Origin: Eledone cirrhosa
Lineage: Eukaryota
Length of the DNA stretch: 64,000 nt
Reading direction: 5' to 3'
Assembly: GCA_964016885.1 (NCBI GenBank)
Contig: OZ024740.1
Location: forward strand, 127,658,001-127,722,000
Every line of letters starts with the position of its first letter. Within the stretch, counting starts at the first letter, position 1. Below the pieces are notes generated by a model. It had not been told where the DNA came from. It did not search any database and saw only the letters and a list, made by a program, of their open reading frames with translations. Both the position numbers and the translations under genes were made by a program. This document shows, in pieces, positions 40,703 through 56,335 of this stretch.

Positions 40703-41203
40703 CTTTCTTCCCGTTTGACCTGTCCGATTTCTTTTCTCGCGCGCTCTTGGCCAAGCCGGTATGATTTTTTTTTCCTCTCTCTCTCTCTCGTCTGTGACTT
40801 CACAGAACTTATGTTTACCGAATGCGCAGACCAGACCCCTTCTTCTCCCCCCCGTTAGACCTGTGCGAAATTCCTTCCTTGCTCACATTTCAACCAGGTT
40901 TGATGGTCTTTATTCTCTCGTTCACGATTTCACCGAGTTTATATTCATAGAAATCTGTGACTTGTCTCTTTCTTCTCACTTTCTGTTGCTTAAACCATTT
41001 TGTTTGTTCACCCTAACGTCCCCTTTATTTACGTGTCCCAACGACTTTTTTTAGCCGTTGTTCGCACCAACCTGAGGTATATGGCCCGTAAAGCGATGAA
41101 ATGCCTAGGACAGTTGGAGGGCCACTGATGAAGTACTTACTTTTTCATATGTAACCCATTTGCAACGCCGCAGCTCCATTATTATCATATTTACATATAT
41201 GTA

Positions 41204-41331
<128 letters not shown>

Positions 41332-41332
41332 T

Positions 41333-41693
<361 letters not shown>

Positions 41694-42219
41694 AACGTTA
41701 GAATATGTGTAATAAGGCCAAGACAATGCAGATATGGACATAGAAAAAGAATGCAATAGTGAGAGATATTGATGAGAATTCGTCTTTCACCTTGAATTTA
41801 TTTAAATGTCCTTAATTTTCGAGATAATATCTCTTCTTCGGAGGGAAGTAAAAGTCTCAGACCAGCGTCTAAATTTCCAATGAAGCCATGCTGACCGGAA
41901 ATAGTATAGAGTTCTAACTTTAATATCAAAGAATTAAAATTAGGTGGGTAAAGAGTAGTCTCCCTTTAAGAGGGGTTTGTTTATGTTTTTGTTGTGTTTT
42001 TTAAATTTTATATGCGTGCCTGTATATGTGTGTGGGAGAAAGCATGAAGGTGTAGGTATGTGTGTGCGTGAGTGTGGGTAGACAGGTCCAATCGCAAAAG
42101 TGGGGGGTAGGTGTTATCCGGTGTTAGAACTGGTTTTGTGTGTGTATGTGTGAGAGAGAATAAGTGGAGGTGTGTGCGTGCGTGTGTGTGGGGTGTGTAA
42201 AGTGGGGCTAGAGGCCCTA

Positions 42220-43944
42220 TCAGGTTATAAATTGGGTGTTGAGCTCTAGTCTATTATTGATTGGTGGATGTGTTCTATCTATAATGAGTGCTTCCTTGAT
42301 TCTAAGATTACCGAGGTTTCTTTCTTTAGTTTCTATCCTAACTGTTATGTTTTTATCAGTGTTTTTGCATTTAACTAGGTGTTTCTTAAATGAGGAAGCG
42401 TTAGTATTGAGGTGTTCTTTTATTCTTATGTGGAGTGGTCTGGTGGTGCTACCTACGTAGAAGTTGTTGCATTTGTCACACTCTAGTCTGTAAACTACGT
42501 AAGCCTGGTGGCATAGGTCTGTGTCGTTGATGGGGCAGTTGGCTAGTCTGCAGCAGTTGTCATGTCTGGTGGAGTGTCTCTTAGCTAGCCGTCCACGCAA
42601 AGAAGGACCCGAATGGGCCAGTTGAATATCCAGACCTTCTCGTCTGATGGCTCTGCGGATGGCTGTTATTGTTTCTTCACTGAAGTGTGGGAGCTTCAGG
42701 AAGCAAGTGTTAGTGCCTCGGGTGTGGTGTCCTCTGTTCTTTCTGGCACGGTTTGTGGTGGATGTCGTGTATCCGTTCAGTTTGAGTACTTCCAGGAAAT
42801 GTGTGGTGTGTGTGTCTCGGTCTCTGGCGTCGGTGCATTTGTTCTTGATACGTGCCAGTTCGTTCTTTATGTATCCGAACTTGGCACCGAGTGGGAGGGC
42901 CGATCTGAAATGTACGAACAGGTCCCTGCTGGCGGATTTTTTATAGAAGCAGGTGTGGATGTTGCCTTCCTCTGTTACCCTGAGTTGGAAGTCCAGCAGG
43001 GATAGGGATCCGCGGTCATCGGGGTGTTCCATGCTGAACTTTATACTGGCGTCCATGCTGGAGAATGTTGTGTATATTTTATCTGCCTCTTCACGGGATG
43101 ATGTAAGGATGAGTATGTCATCTACATATCGGGTGAAGAAGGCATGGGAATGGCAGGTGTTGAGGACTCGGCATTCTAGCTGGTTCATGTAAGTGATGGC
43201 CAGCAGGCCAGAGAGGCTGGATCCCATGGGTAATCCTGTTGTCTGTCTGTATGTGTGGTGGTGGAAGGTGAAGTACGTGTTGTCTACTGTGAAGGACAAA
43301 AGTTGGTGTATGTCCGTCGGGTGGAGGCCGTAGCAGTGGATGTTCTCTGCGACCACGCAGTCCGTCAATAAATCGACAGCTGGGTGAGCGGGGACTGTAG
43401 TGTAGAGGGAGACAACGTCGAGGCTAAAAGCGTATTTATTAAGTTTAAGTTGTTCTGGCTGGAGTTGGTGTAATCTACGTATAACTTCGTCGGAGCTACT
43501 GACATGTCCGGGGAAGGTGGAGAGTAGAGGCTTGAGGACCTGGGAGAGAAGCCAGGAAATTTTGTATAGGGGTCCTTCTATGCTAGAGACGATGGGTCTT
43601 ATATGCGTCTTAGTGCTATTCTTGTGGGTCTTGATGAGGTGGTAGAAAGTGGGCAGTCTGCTATTTCTAGTGGTGTAGTTGAGTTTAATTTTATTCGGGA
43701 GTTGTCTTCTCCTACAGATATCGAACCAAATGGAGTTGGTCTGTTTTTCGATTTGGGCTGCGGTCATGTCCGGGATCACTGTGTACAGTTCACTGTCGCT
43801 TAGGTTTTCGAAGGCTAGGTTATTGTATGTGGCTTGAGAGATGACGCAGAACTCTTTACCTTTGTCGGATGGTAAGTAAATAAGTTCCTTATTCCGTAGG
43901 TTCTTCAGGGCGAGTTGTTGTGTCCTGAAGAGGTTAGGGGCCAT
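42220..43944 (-). CDS. PLE reverse transcriptase + GIY-YIG endonuclease (574 aa, uninterrupted, probably 5'-truncated)
   Basis: SDKG, KTHK..IRPIVS, SLDVVSLYT, GLPMGSSLS, RYVDD, LDF, then C-rich linker and VVYRLEC..C..FYVGSTTRPLHIRIKEH, EAL.I..P.IN. Confidence 0.92.
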   Translation of the reverse strand: MAPNLFRTQQLALKNLRNKELIYLPSDKGKEFCVISQATYNNLAFENLSDSELYTVIPDMTAAQIEKQTNSIWFDICRRRQLPNKIKLNYTTRNSRLPTFYHLIKTHKNSTKTHIRPIVSSIEGPLYKISWLLSQVLKPLLSTFPGHVSSSDEVIRRLHQLQPEQLKLNKYAFSLDVVSLYTTVPAHPAVDLLTDCVVAENIHCYGLHPTDIHQLLSFTVDNTYFTFHHHTYRQTTGLPMGSSLSGLLAITYMNQLECRVLNTCHSHAFFTRYVDDILILTSSREEADKIYTTFSSMDASIKFSMEHPDDRGSLSLLDFQLRVTEEGNIHTCFYKKSASRDLFVHFRSALPLGAKFGYIKNELARIKNKCTDARDRDTHTTHFLEVLKLNGYTTSTTNRARKNRGHHTRGTNTCFLKLPHFSEETITAIRRAIRREGLDIQLAHSGPSLRGRLAKRHSTRHDNCCRLANCPINDTDLCHQAYVVYRLECDKCNNFYVGSTTRPLHIRIKEHLNTNASSFKKHLVKCKNTDKNITVRIETKERNLGNLRIKEALIIDRTHPPINNRLELNTQFIT

Positions 43945-43948
43945 CTTC

Positions 43949-45232
43949 GTCAGTAGCTCCGACGAAGTTATACGTAGATTACACCAACTCCAGCCAGAAC
44001 AACTTAAACTTAATAAATACGCTTTTAGCCTCGACGTTGTCTCCCTCTACACTACAGTCCCCGCTCACCCAGCTGTCGATTTATTGACGGACTGCGTGGT
44101 CGCAGAGAACATCCACTGCTACGGCCTCCACCCGACGGACATACACCAACTTTTGTCCTTCACAGTAGACAACACGTACTTCACCTTCCACCACCACACA
44201 TACAGACAGACAACAGGATTACCCATGGGATCCAGCCTCTCTGGCCTGCTGGCAATCACTTACATGAACCAGCTAGAATGCCGAGCCCTCAACACCTGCC
44301 ATTCCCATGCCTTCTTCACCCGATATGTAGATGACATACTCATCCTTACATCATCCCGTGAAGAGGCAGAGAAAATATACACAACATTCTCCAGCATGGA
44401 CGCCAGTATAAAGTTCAGCATAGAACACCCCGATGACCGCGGATCCCTATCCCTGCTGGACTTCCAACTCAGGGTAACAGAGGAAGGCAACATCCACACC
44501 TGCTTCTATAAAAAATCCGCCAGCAGGGACCTGTTCGTACATTTCAGATCGGCCCTCCCACTCGGTGCCAAGTTCGGATACATAAAGAACGAACTGGCAC
44601 GTATCAAGAACAAATGCACCGACGCCAGAGACCGAGACACACACACCACACATTTCCTGGAAGTACTCAAACTGAACGGATACACGACATCCACCACAAA
44701 CCGTGCCAGAAAGAACAGAGGACACCACACCCGAGGCACTAACACTTGCTTCCTGAAGCTCCCACACTTCAGTGAAGAAACAACAACAGCCATCCGCAGA
44801 GCAATCAGACGAGAAGGTCTGGATATTCAACTGGCCCATTCGGGTCCTTCTTTGCGTGGACGGCTAGCTAAGAGACACTCCACCAGACATGACAACTGCT
44901 GCAGACTAGCCAACTGCCCCATCAACGACACAGACCTATGCCACCAGGCTTACGTAGTTTACAGACTAGAGTGTGACAAATGCAACAACTTCTACGTAGG
45001 TAGCACCACCAGACCACTCCACATAAGAATAAAAGAACACCTCAATACTAACGCTTCCTCATTTAAGAAACACCTAGTTTAATGCAAAAACACTGATAAA
45101 AACATAACAGTTAGGATAGAAACTAAAGAAAGAAACCTCGGTAATCTTAGAATCAAGGAAGCACTCATTATAGATAGAACACATCCACCAATCAATAATA
45201 GACTAGAGCTCAACACCCAATTTATAACCTGA
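43949..45232 (+). pseudogene. Truncated inverted copy of the same RT-GIY-YIG ORF with a premature TAA at 45080
   Basis: ORF 44084-45082 is nearly identical. AAA(K)->TAA substitution. Confidence 0.9.
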
Positions 45233-45607
45233 TAGGGCCTCTAGCCCCACTTTACACACCCCACACACACGCACGCACACACCTCCACTTATTCTCTCTC
45301 ACACATACACACACAAAACCAGTTCTAACACCGGATAACACCTACCCCCCACTTTTGCGATTGGACCTGTCTTCCCACACTCACGCACACACATACCTAC
45401 ACCTTCATGCTTTCTCCCACACACATATACAGGCACGCATATAAAATTTAAAAAACACAACAAAAACATAAACAAACCCCTCTTAAAGGGAGACTACTCT
45501 TTACCCACCTAATTTTAATTCTTTGATATTAAAGTTAGAACTCTATACTATTTCCGGTCAGCATGGCTTCATTGGAAATTTAGACGCTGGTCTGAGACTT
45601 TTACTTC

Positions 45608-45642
45608 CCTCCGAAGAAGAGATATTATCTCGAAAATTAAGG
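45608..45642 (+). ncRNA. Minimal hammerhead-like motif with U4C core (mirror copy ~41810-41844 on minus)
   Basis: CCT-CCGAAGA-A-GAGAT.ATT.ATCTC-GAAA-AT-TA^AGG in the 3' UTR, just before AATAAA. Confidence 0.55.
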
Positions 45643-45803
45643 ACATTTAAATAAATTCAAGGTGAAAGACGAATTCTCATCAATATCTCTCACTATTGCA
45701 TTCTTTTTCTATGTCCATATCTGCATTGTCTTGGCCTTATTACACATATTCTAACGTTTATACCTCATTACACAATGCTTCAAGTGAACTATAACCTCCT
45801 CCC

Positions 45804-45968
<165 letters not shown>

Positions 45969-45981
45969 CATATATATATAC

Positions 45982-48090
<2,109 letters not shown>

Positions 48091-48148
48091 TACCAGTACC
48101 ACAACAATACTGGTCCATCCACACACACACACATACACACGCGTACAC

Positions 48149-48248
<100 letters not shown>

Positions 48249-48361
48249 CTCCGTATATGACAAGAGCTGGAAAATATGTTTCAACATGTTAAAATACCCC
48301 TCACACACGTACACACACATTCCCACTGACCGATTCATTCCCTCTACCACGAACCACTCTG

Positions 48362-48397
<36 letters not shown>

Positions 48398-48559
48398 TTA
48401 TCTTATTAGACACCTGAACTGTTGACCTTTCAACATGACTGCAACTCACACACACACATCCCTACTGACCATTATCACAACAATGAACCTCTTTACTACA
48501 CACAAAAACACATATTTGTCTTAATAGACATGTTTTTCAGTGACTTCTCAACATGACTG

Positions 48560-49020
48560 CAACCCAATCAAGCGAAAATGGACACTCTTCGCCAACCCTT
48601 GTTTGGCGCCAAACCAGTGCGCGCTAAAATCAATTTTTAACATTCACGTGACCTCTACCGACCAATCAAAATTGTTTTGACTACAAGAAGTTTTGCAACA
48701 CGAATTGGCGCGATATTTATAGTACTTATTCACGTGACATTCAACAACCAACCACATCTTAATACCTCTGGAGCCACTTTTTTCACATAAAACAGGAAGA
48801 ATTTCAAAATTATTTTTGAAAAGCATTAGAAATGCGCAACCGGTAAAAACTTAAAACTAAAACTGAATACTAACCAATACTTATTACTAATTTATACTTA
48901 TTCCTAATTAAACTATTTTTTCACATTTTCTTTTCCTTTTTATTAATATGTAGTGACCTACATTCCGCGGGCTCACATACATTCTCTGTGCGTGATTTGG
49001 TTCAGCTCAGCCAATCAACG
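48560..49020. promoter_or_regulatory. Possible promoter: cluster of CCAAT, E2F-like and E-box motifs
   Basis: CCAAT at 48564, 48662, 48874 and 49011; TTTGGCGCCAAA 48602-48613; TTGGCGCG 48705; TCACGTGAC at 48644 and 48730. Locally CpG-richer, non-repetitive sequence. Confidence 0.4.
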
Positions 49021-49506
49021 CCAGTAGAAGAGGATGTATCCGTACGCGTTCTGAGGGAGAAATAGCCTGCAAAGATTTGAGGACGCCACCACTTCCAGGC
49101 TAGAGGACTTCAAGGCTTGACCATGCTAAGTAAACACTGCTTGTTCTTTTGCTCCGCCAGCGCAAACAATATGTAACGACAAAGCATTACCTACGAGCCT
49201 GGCCAAACGCCTTCAGCCAGTCGCCCGTATTTTCTCTTGTAATCTTAATTGAATTATTTCATTTCTCTTGGCATGTCAGCTTAATTCATTTCTCAACCTT
49301 TGTTAATAAATAATGTAAAAACAAGCTAAAGGTCGTTGTCGATATACGCTATCATATCTTTCTACCAAACCTGGTTCCTCGTGGCAACATTACAACTACT
49401 GAAATATACTTCTCCGCTAAATTGGAATTTACATCTTCAACCAAATTGGTGACTTATATTCAACTAAGAGACCCATTCCTTTTCCTTTAAATATATATAT
49501 ATATAT

Positions 49507-49853
49507 TAGAAAGTGAGGTTTTTTTTACAAAATGAAAAATAACCTAGGTGTCCTACCCGAGTGAAAGTATAAAGAAAAAAAGATGAAATCGAAAATGGAA
49601 CTGGAGTCTTATTTAAAAAAAATATATATATATTTATTTGGTTCCTTTACCGGTTTCGCAGTTCTTCTGCTTTTCAAAAGTATAGTTGAGATGGAGGGTC
49701 TGTGGGTTTTCTCACATCTGTGAGAAAACCCACAGACCCTCCATCTCAACTATACTTTTGAAAAGCAGAAGAACTGCGAAACCGGTAAAGGAACCAAATA
49801 AATATATATATATCTTTTAAAAATAAGACTCCAGTTGCATTTTCGATTTCATC

Positions 49854-49857
<4 letters not shown>
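49507..49857. mobile_element. Short fold-back hammerhead element (arms ~49577-49716 / 49719-49857, tail 49507-49576)
   Basis: Near-perfect palindrome with apex TCTCACA-TC-TGTGAGA. Variant hammerheads at 49755-49790(+) and 49645-49680(-). Confidence 0.8.
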
Positions 49858-49937
<80 letters not shown>

Positions 49938-49949
49938 AATATCATATTA

Positions 49950-50372
49950 AGATATCATAATATCTGTGTAAAATAAAAATAGAAGCAAGCTGGCTAAGTC
50001 TACATACAACATATGAAGGATTTTTAATTACCATAAAAAAATTAAAAAGAAACTTTTAACGAACTTCATATGAGACGAAACCTCCACACACGACCACAAA
50101 CACTCACACGCATCAATATATATATATGTATATATATATATTGATGCTTGTGAGTGTGTGTGGTCGTGTGTGGAAATTTCGTCTCATATGAAGTTCGTTA
50201 AATTTTTTTTTCTTTCTTATGGTAAGTAACAATCCTTCATCTGATCATATGTTGTATGTAGACTTAGCCAGCCTGCTTCTTTTTTATTTTACACTGATAT
50301 TATGATGACCTCTTCATACTTTTAATTCCTAAATATAGAAAAATGTGTTCTGCTTTTGCTATTATTATACAT
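49950..50372. repeat. Imperfect fold-back (~170-bp arms) centred on a (TA)n, with one-sided extension
   Basis: 49955-50120 is the diverged reverse complement of 50138-50305. Confidence 0.8.
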
Positions 50373-50501
<129 letters not shown>

Positions 50502-51045
50502 CATATATAATATATATATATATATATGCGTGTGTGTGTATGTGTGTGTGTGTGATGATACACTGTTGTATGCTGATATATATATATATATATATGTTTC
50601 AATGGCATGGATTGAAAAGCGTGAATATGTTATAAGGTCAGAGATTTTTAGAGTATTTTAGAGTAATGTTGTTTATGTCATCAATTTGCTTTGATGTCAG
50701 AACACAAAGGCGTAAGATTAATATTGTAATTCATTTAGCTTCATTCTCGCTATCGTCAACAAACTATTATTATTGATATAGAACATTAACTATTAGATCA
50801 AAGACTTAAATTTCCAACAGTGAATCCAAGTCTGTCGTATAGAATATTTTTTATCCCAACCGTGAATATTGTTATTTAATTTCTCTGTAGTTATAATTGT
50901 TATAAAGCCATATCTCTGTTATATTTTATGGTGATTCGCAGTGTTATTACAACATATATGTAATGGATAAGACCAGCCGTTTCCAACAGTACGTAAAGTT
51001 AATATTAGGTGTCCATAAGCTATTTTCAAATCATCAAGTAATATA

Positions 51046-51313
51046 TTTATATACTACTAAAACTCTGTGATTGCTTGCTTGCTTGATTGTCTGTAATGTA
51101 ATACAGCCAAAAGGGCGCATAATGGGAAAATATTTGGAACGGAAGTTGAGCCTGAAATGGGAATAAAAAATGGAATTTAAATATTTCGCGTAAAACGGAG
51201 CACGGAATCCCGAGATATGGAGCTTTTCCGAGTGCCTTCATAAACAGAGAAGAGTAGATTGAAAGAGAAAGACACAGAGAGAGGGAGAGGAGATAGAGAA
51301 GGAGAATGGAAGA

Positions 51314-51348
<35 letters not shown>

Positions 51349-51458
51349 CTGTTGGTGTTGTTATGGATATATATATGTGAGTGAGTGTATATGCGTGTGT
51401 TTGAATATGAGAATTGTATATACATCACACACACCCACATATATATATATATATATAC

Positions 51459-51491
<33 letters not shown>

Positions 51492-51519
51492 TATATATAT
51501 ATATATATGTATACACACA

Positions 51520-51554
<35 letters not shown>

Positions 51555-52865
51555 GTATACACACACATTTATATATATACATACATACACGTATATATAT
51601 ATATACATATATATATTTATTAAAATAACAGATTAAAGTTTAAGCAAACAATCGCTGCTTTCACCCTTAACGGGATCTTCTGAAACTAACAAAGTCAATC
51701 TGTAAACGCAGAACTGGATATTTAAAAAAACGTTGCAACCGGAGGAAGACAGGAAGACGATACTTTGGTTCGTGGTAACGTTCGCTGGCTCAGAACGGGA
51801 AAAACGAATATAATACGTCATTAATAGGAGCGGTGAAAACAATTACGCGCAAAGACAGAACCACGTTTATGGTATAAAAGAGGTCGTAGACTAATGTTCT
51901 CTAAGGTGGTGCATAGAGACGTTCTCTAGCAATGAACGAAAAAAACGAAGATAATACGTCATATGTGGAGCGTAGAGAACAATAGCACGCAAAGACAAAA
52001 CCACGTAACTGGTATAGCAGAGGTCGTAGACTAAATTCTAACTAGTAGACCGAATGTATCTCCGCTACGGAGTTAAGAACAAAGTAAATAAATACAATAC
52101 AGAAGTAATAGAAATAAATAAATACATACACGCAAACAAAAACGTACATACACAAGCATACGCAAAAACATACCATAGGTAAACAAAACCACGCACATAT
52201 AAATATGTGTGTGTGTGTAAGCGTGTATACAAATAAATAAATAATTGTATAAACGTATATAAATAAATAAATACGTATATAACAAGCGCACACACATACT
52301 TACATGTAAATACACGAATGTTCGGAGACGTAAGTCAACTAAAACATGAAGTACACATATACACACGCCCTACATACGTACGAACCTGCATACTCACACA
52401 GACGCAAAACTCCCGTATAAACATAGCCGAACCATATGTACCAGAATATATAAAAAAAATTATACGCCATAACAATCAAATATACGTACGAGAAGGTATA
52501 CATACCTTCACAAAACATACGGATAATATATACTTACCTATGCAAATAAGTAAAGGTATAAACAAAACATATACTTAGCTCCCACATCGAGACGTAAAAT
52601 ATCCACGTATAGATCGTACTATCCGTTAGGGTATAACGTTGGGCTGTAATACAGGAAAGTTTTGTGCAATTTATGTTTACAAGCCGAAATTGCCTCAGAT
52701 TTTTTGTTTAAGATGTGGTCTGTGGCGTAGAGTATTTCCAGGGCCTCAGCGGCGCAGAGGTCACATGGTCTTTTATTTCCGTTATACGATCTAGCCCTAG
52801 CTAGGATCTCCCAGTGTAACTTCGACCCCTCTTTGGATTTAGTCTTCAAATTTATTATTATTACT

Positions 52866-52924
<59 letters not shown>

Positions 52925-53024
52925 TTCCAGTTTCATTTAATATTATATATATATCTGTGTATATTTTAATTATTTAAAAATTCTTTTGACGTGAACGTGA
53001 CCGAACGGGTTACGGGTGATATAG
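51046..53024 (+). mobile_element. Probable non-autonomous Helitron, copy 1 (contains PLE insertion)
   Basis: Starts TATATACTACTAAAA and ends in hairpin GTGACC-GAACG-GGTTAC + GGGTGAT + ATAG. Both termini are homologous to the adjacent copy 2. Confidence 0.5.
51620..52865 (-). mobile_element. PLE 3' fragment (GIY-YIG C-terminus + UTR) inserted in (TA)n
   Basis: Minus-strand WEILARARSY..RPCDLC..E..EI..ILNKKSE..SACKH at 52619-52850. Confidence 0.75.
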
Positions 53025-53417
53025 TATATTACTAAAATCATGTGATTGCTTGCTTGTCCATACTGTTATTCAGCCAAAAGTGCGCATAATGGGAAATACT
53101 TTGAAAGGTAGTTGCCATGAAACGGGTGTACAAATGGAATGAAACACATTTCGCGTAAATCGAAGCACGGTATCTCGAGATATTGTACTTTCATAAACAC
53201 AAAGAAAGAAGGATAGAGAGAAAGAGATAGTATTTCTGGATGCATAGATTGGGAGAGAGATATACAGAGAGGGATAGGAGACAGAGAAGGGGAATTGAAG
53301 AGAGGGAGAGACCTGGTGGTGTTGTGTGTGTATATATATATATATATGTGTGTGTGTGTCTATTACCAGTGTATGTAGATCACAGACACTCACATATATA
53401 TATATATATACACACAC

Positions 53418-53493
<76 letters not shown>

Positions 53494-53499
<6 letters not shown>

Positions 53500-56335
53500 A
53501 AAATAGAATAACAGGAGGCTGGACTAGTGTAAATCCTTGAAAGGTTTATTATACTATGATTATTTCAATGTCCGGGTTCCATATGAATCCGGTGATATCA
53601 TCAGGTATTGGAATATAACAAAGGAATATGTAAAAAAACCATGGGTCCGAAAAATCAGAGACAAAGAGGACGACTGACCAACTAGCTTCTAGGACAGTCA
53701 CGCTCAAAGTGTTCGCAACTGAATCTACTAATGTATATCTGGAGAGGGGGCGAAGGCTTATAATGCACTACCACCTCTCCGTCAAAGAAAAAAAGAGAAG
53801 AAAGAAAGAAAGGGAGAAAGAAGTCAGTGTAAGGGTCATACTACATTCATGCTAGAAACTGCTGCGAAAAAATGCTCTTCCAAATAATCTATAATGGTGT
53901 CTGTATCGTCTAATGTGTAAACCGAAGATTGGAACGTTAAACTTATGTTGCGAGTTTTAGGATGAAATTAAATTAAATTAAAAATATTAAATTGCAAAAT
54001 GATAAATTGAAAGATAAGTTATTAGAGAATTAAGGTAGCGAGATTTATTTATTTAATGAACTTACGGAGAGAGCCTTACATGAAAAAAATTATCTCGATA
54101 AGATATTAGGATGGGATATAGAGTAAATATTTCGATTGCGAGTCCCAGCCAGCCCACCCCAACCATGAGTCAGCCAGTCTCGATTGGTATCATCCAACGA
54201 AAGAAATGGAAATTAATTTTTCCTAGTACTCTAGGAACGTAGCTACCTTAGGCCCCGGGAGCCCTAGCGGGAACTCCACAATTTCTACAGGTCATCGTCT
54301 ATACCAAACGAATACTATTAAATCACACATGATGGGTTTATTTACGTGCCAGTAGAGGCATGATACAGCTAATAGTTATGCCTAAACCTGGAATTTATAG
54401 GTACAACTATAATGCGGCGGCCAAAACAGGCGGCACGGTGGGACTGGGGCAAAGCATGTAGTATGACACACTGACTTCTTTCTGCCCTTCTTTCTTTCTT
54501 CCCCCTTTTCTTTGACGGAGTGGTGGTAGTGCATTATAAGCCTTCGCCCCCTCACCAGATATTCATTAGTAGATGCAGGTGCCACCACTTTGAGGGCGAC
54601 TGTCCGAGAAGCTAGTTGGTCAGTCGTCCTCTTTGTCTCTGTCTCTGAATTTTCGGACCCATGGTTTTTTACATATTCCTTTGTTATATTCCAATACCTG
54701 ATGATATCACCGGATTCATATGGAACCCGGTCATCGAAATGATCATAGTATAATAAACCTTTCAAGGATTTACACCAGTCCAGCCTCCTGTTATGTTATT
54801 TTGTTTATAATTAACTCCGTATTCGCACCACCAACTACACAAACGAAGATGGGTGAACTGCACTGCGTTGAGTACTCTTCACAATATTACACCTGGATTG
54901 ACCATACGGAATGACCAGTTCTATCCAGTGGTGAACCAAGAAACCTAAAGAAATAATGCTCCTATAATGTTGAGCACTTCAAAATGTTATATTGAACAGC
55001 GGCACTGACTTCAGTGTACAGCTATTGCCAGCATGGGATTAACTGATCTAATCACCATTCTGATTTTGGCTGCTTTGCGCCTTATCTATCTCCACCTGAT
55101 ACTACTTCCTTGTCGGGATGATTCCGATTCCGACAAAACTCTACGTATTATACTAAAATATGTATTGTATTGACTGAATTCTCTACTCTATACCTCAGGA
55201 CTTTTTGTGACTGGCACTGAATTCGGAGACCCGAACTTTACACTAGGTACAACCTGTTACAATTCCATCTCCTGCATCCTTTATATCTATATCTATATGT
55301 ACAACTTGTATTATCTTACTACAACTTGATCTATATTGATTCTTATTTACCTTTATTAATTTCATTAATGTATATTTTTTTTATTATTTTATTATTTTAT
55401 TATTTTTTTATTTTTTTATTATTTTATTAATGTATTTTTATCAATGTATTCTATCTTTATATTGGTATTTTATCTTTGTATGCTGCTTTTATTATTTTAT
55501 TGTAACTTTTCCTTACTCAGGTCATTATGCACCTTTCATAGCCCCCTGCCCCACCTAAGTACCACACTACTTATAACCCGGACTAACTGGGACTTTAAAA
55601 TAATTTTGGTCTATTCGCACTTTTCATTAGGTTGCTACCTTCGACTTGTGTGGTGGCTTTTCCCGGCTGCGCGCTGGGCACTCGGAAAGTTCAGCCTTCC
55701 TTGAGTGCACGGAAAAATAAATTTCTCCTCTTTCGGTAAACGAAATTACTCTGAGCGGTTTGCTTTGCCCCAGTCCCACCGCGCCGCCTGTTTTGGCCGC
55801 CGCATTATATTTGTACCTATAAACTCCAGGTTTAGGCATAACTATTAGCTGTAACATGCCTCTACTGACACGTAAATAAATCCATCATGTGTGATTTAAT
55901 AGTATTCGTTTGGTAGAGACGATGGCCTGTCGAAATTGTGGAGTTCCCGCTAGCGCTCCCGAGGCCTAAGGTAGCTACGTTCCTAGAGTACTCGGAAAAA
56001 TTAATTTCCATTTCTTTCGCTGGACGATACCACTCGAGAACGGCTGACTCATGGTTGGCGGTGTACTGGCTGGGCCTCCCAATCGAAATCTTTACTCTAT
56101 ATCCCATCCTAATATCTTATCGAGATAAATTTTTTCATATAAGACTCTTACCGTAAGTTCGTTAAATAAATACATTTCGCTACCTTAATCTTTAATTCTC
56201 TAATAACTTATTTTTCAATTTATCATTTTGCAATTTAATATTTTTAATTTAATTTAATTTCATCCTATAACTCGCAACATAAGTTTAATCTTCCAATCTT
56301 CGGTTCACACATTAGACCTTACAGACACCGATTAT
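53494..56335. mobile_element. Non-coding ~1.9-kb PLE-type element with hammerhead pLTR and inverted partial copy
   Basis: 53494-53830 is the inverse of 54465-54810. 53895-54455 is the inverse of 55760-56330. No RT motifs seen. Confidence 0.75.
54694..54751 (+). ncRNA. Type I hammerhead (mirror copy ~53551-53608 on minus)
   Basis: ATAC-CTGATGA-[..ACCGG..CCGGT..]-GAAA-TGATCA-TA^GTAT. Palindromic stem III. Confidence 0.8.

Noticed and set aside
40464-40803. Poly-Ser / poly-Arg ORFs
   Set aside because: Translation of a (TCC)n microsatellite.
41060-41140. CTGAGG/CTGATGA motifs as hammerheads
   Set aside because: No properly placed stem II + GAAA + stem I could be formed.
45080-45082. In-frame stop in the PLE ORF as possible selenocysteine or readthrough
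   Set aside because: The codon is TAA, not TGA, and the sister arm has AAA (Lys). It is a simple nonsense mutation.
51645-51690. Minus-strand CAGAAGA-TCCC..GGGT-GAAA hammerhead-like motif
   Set aside because: The core is altered and no cleavage triplet or stem I pairing is evident. At most a relic.
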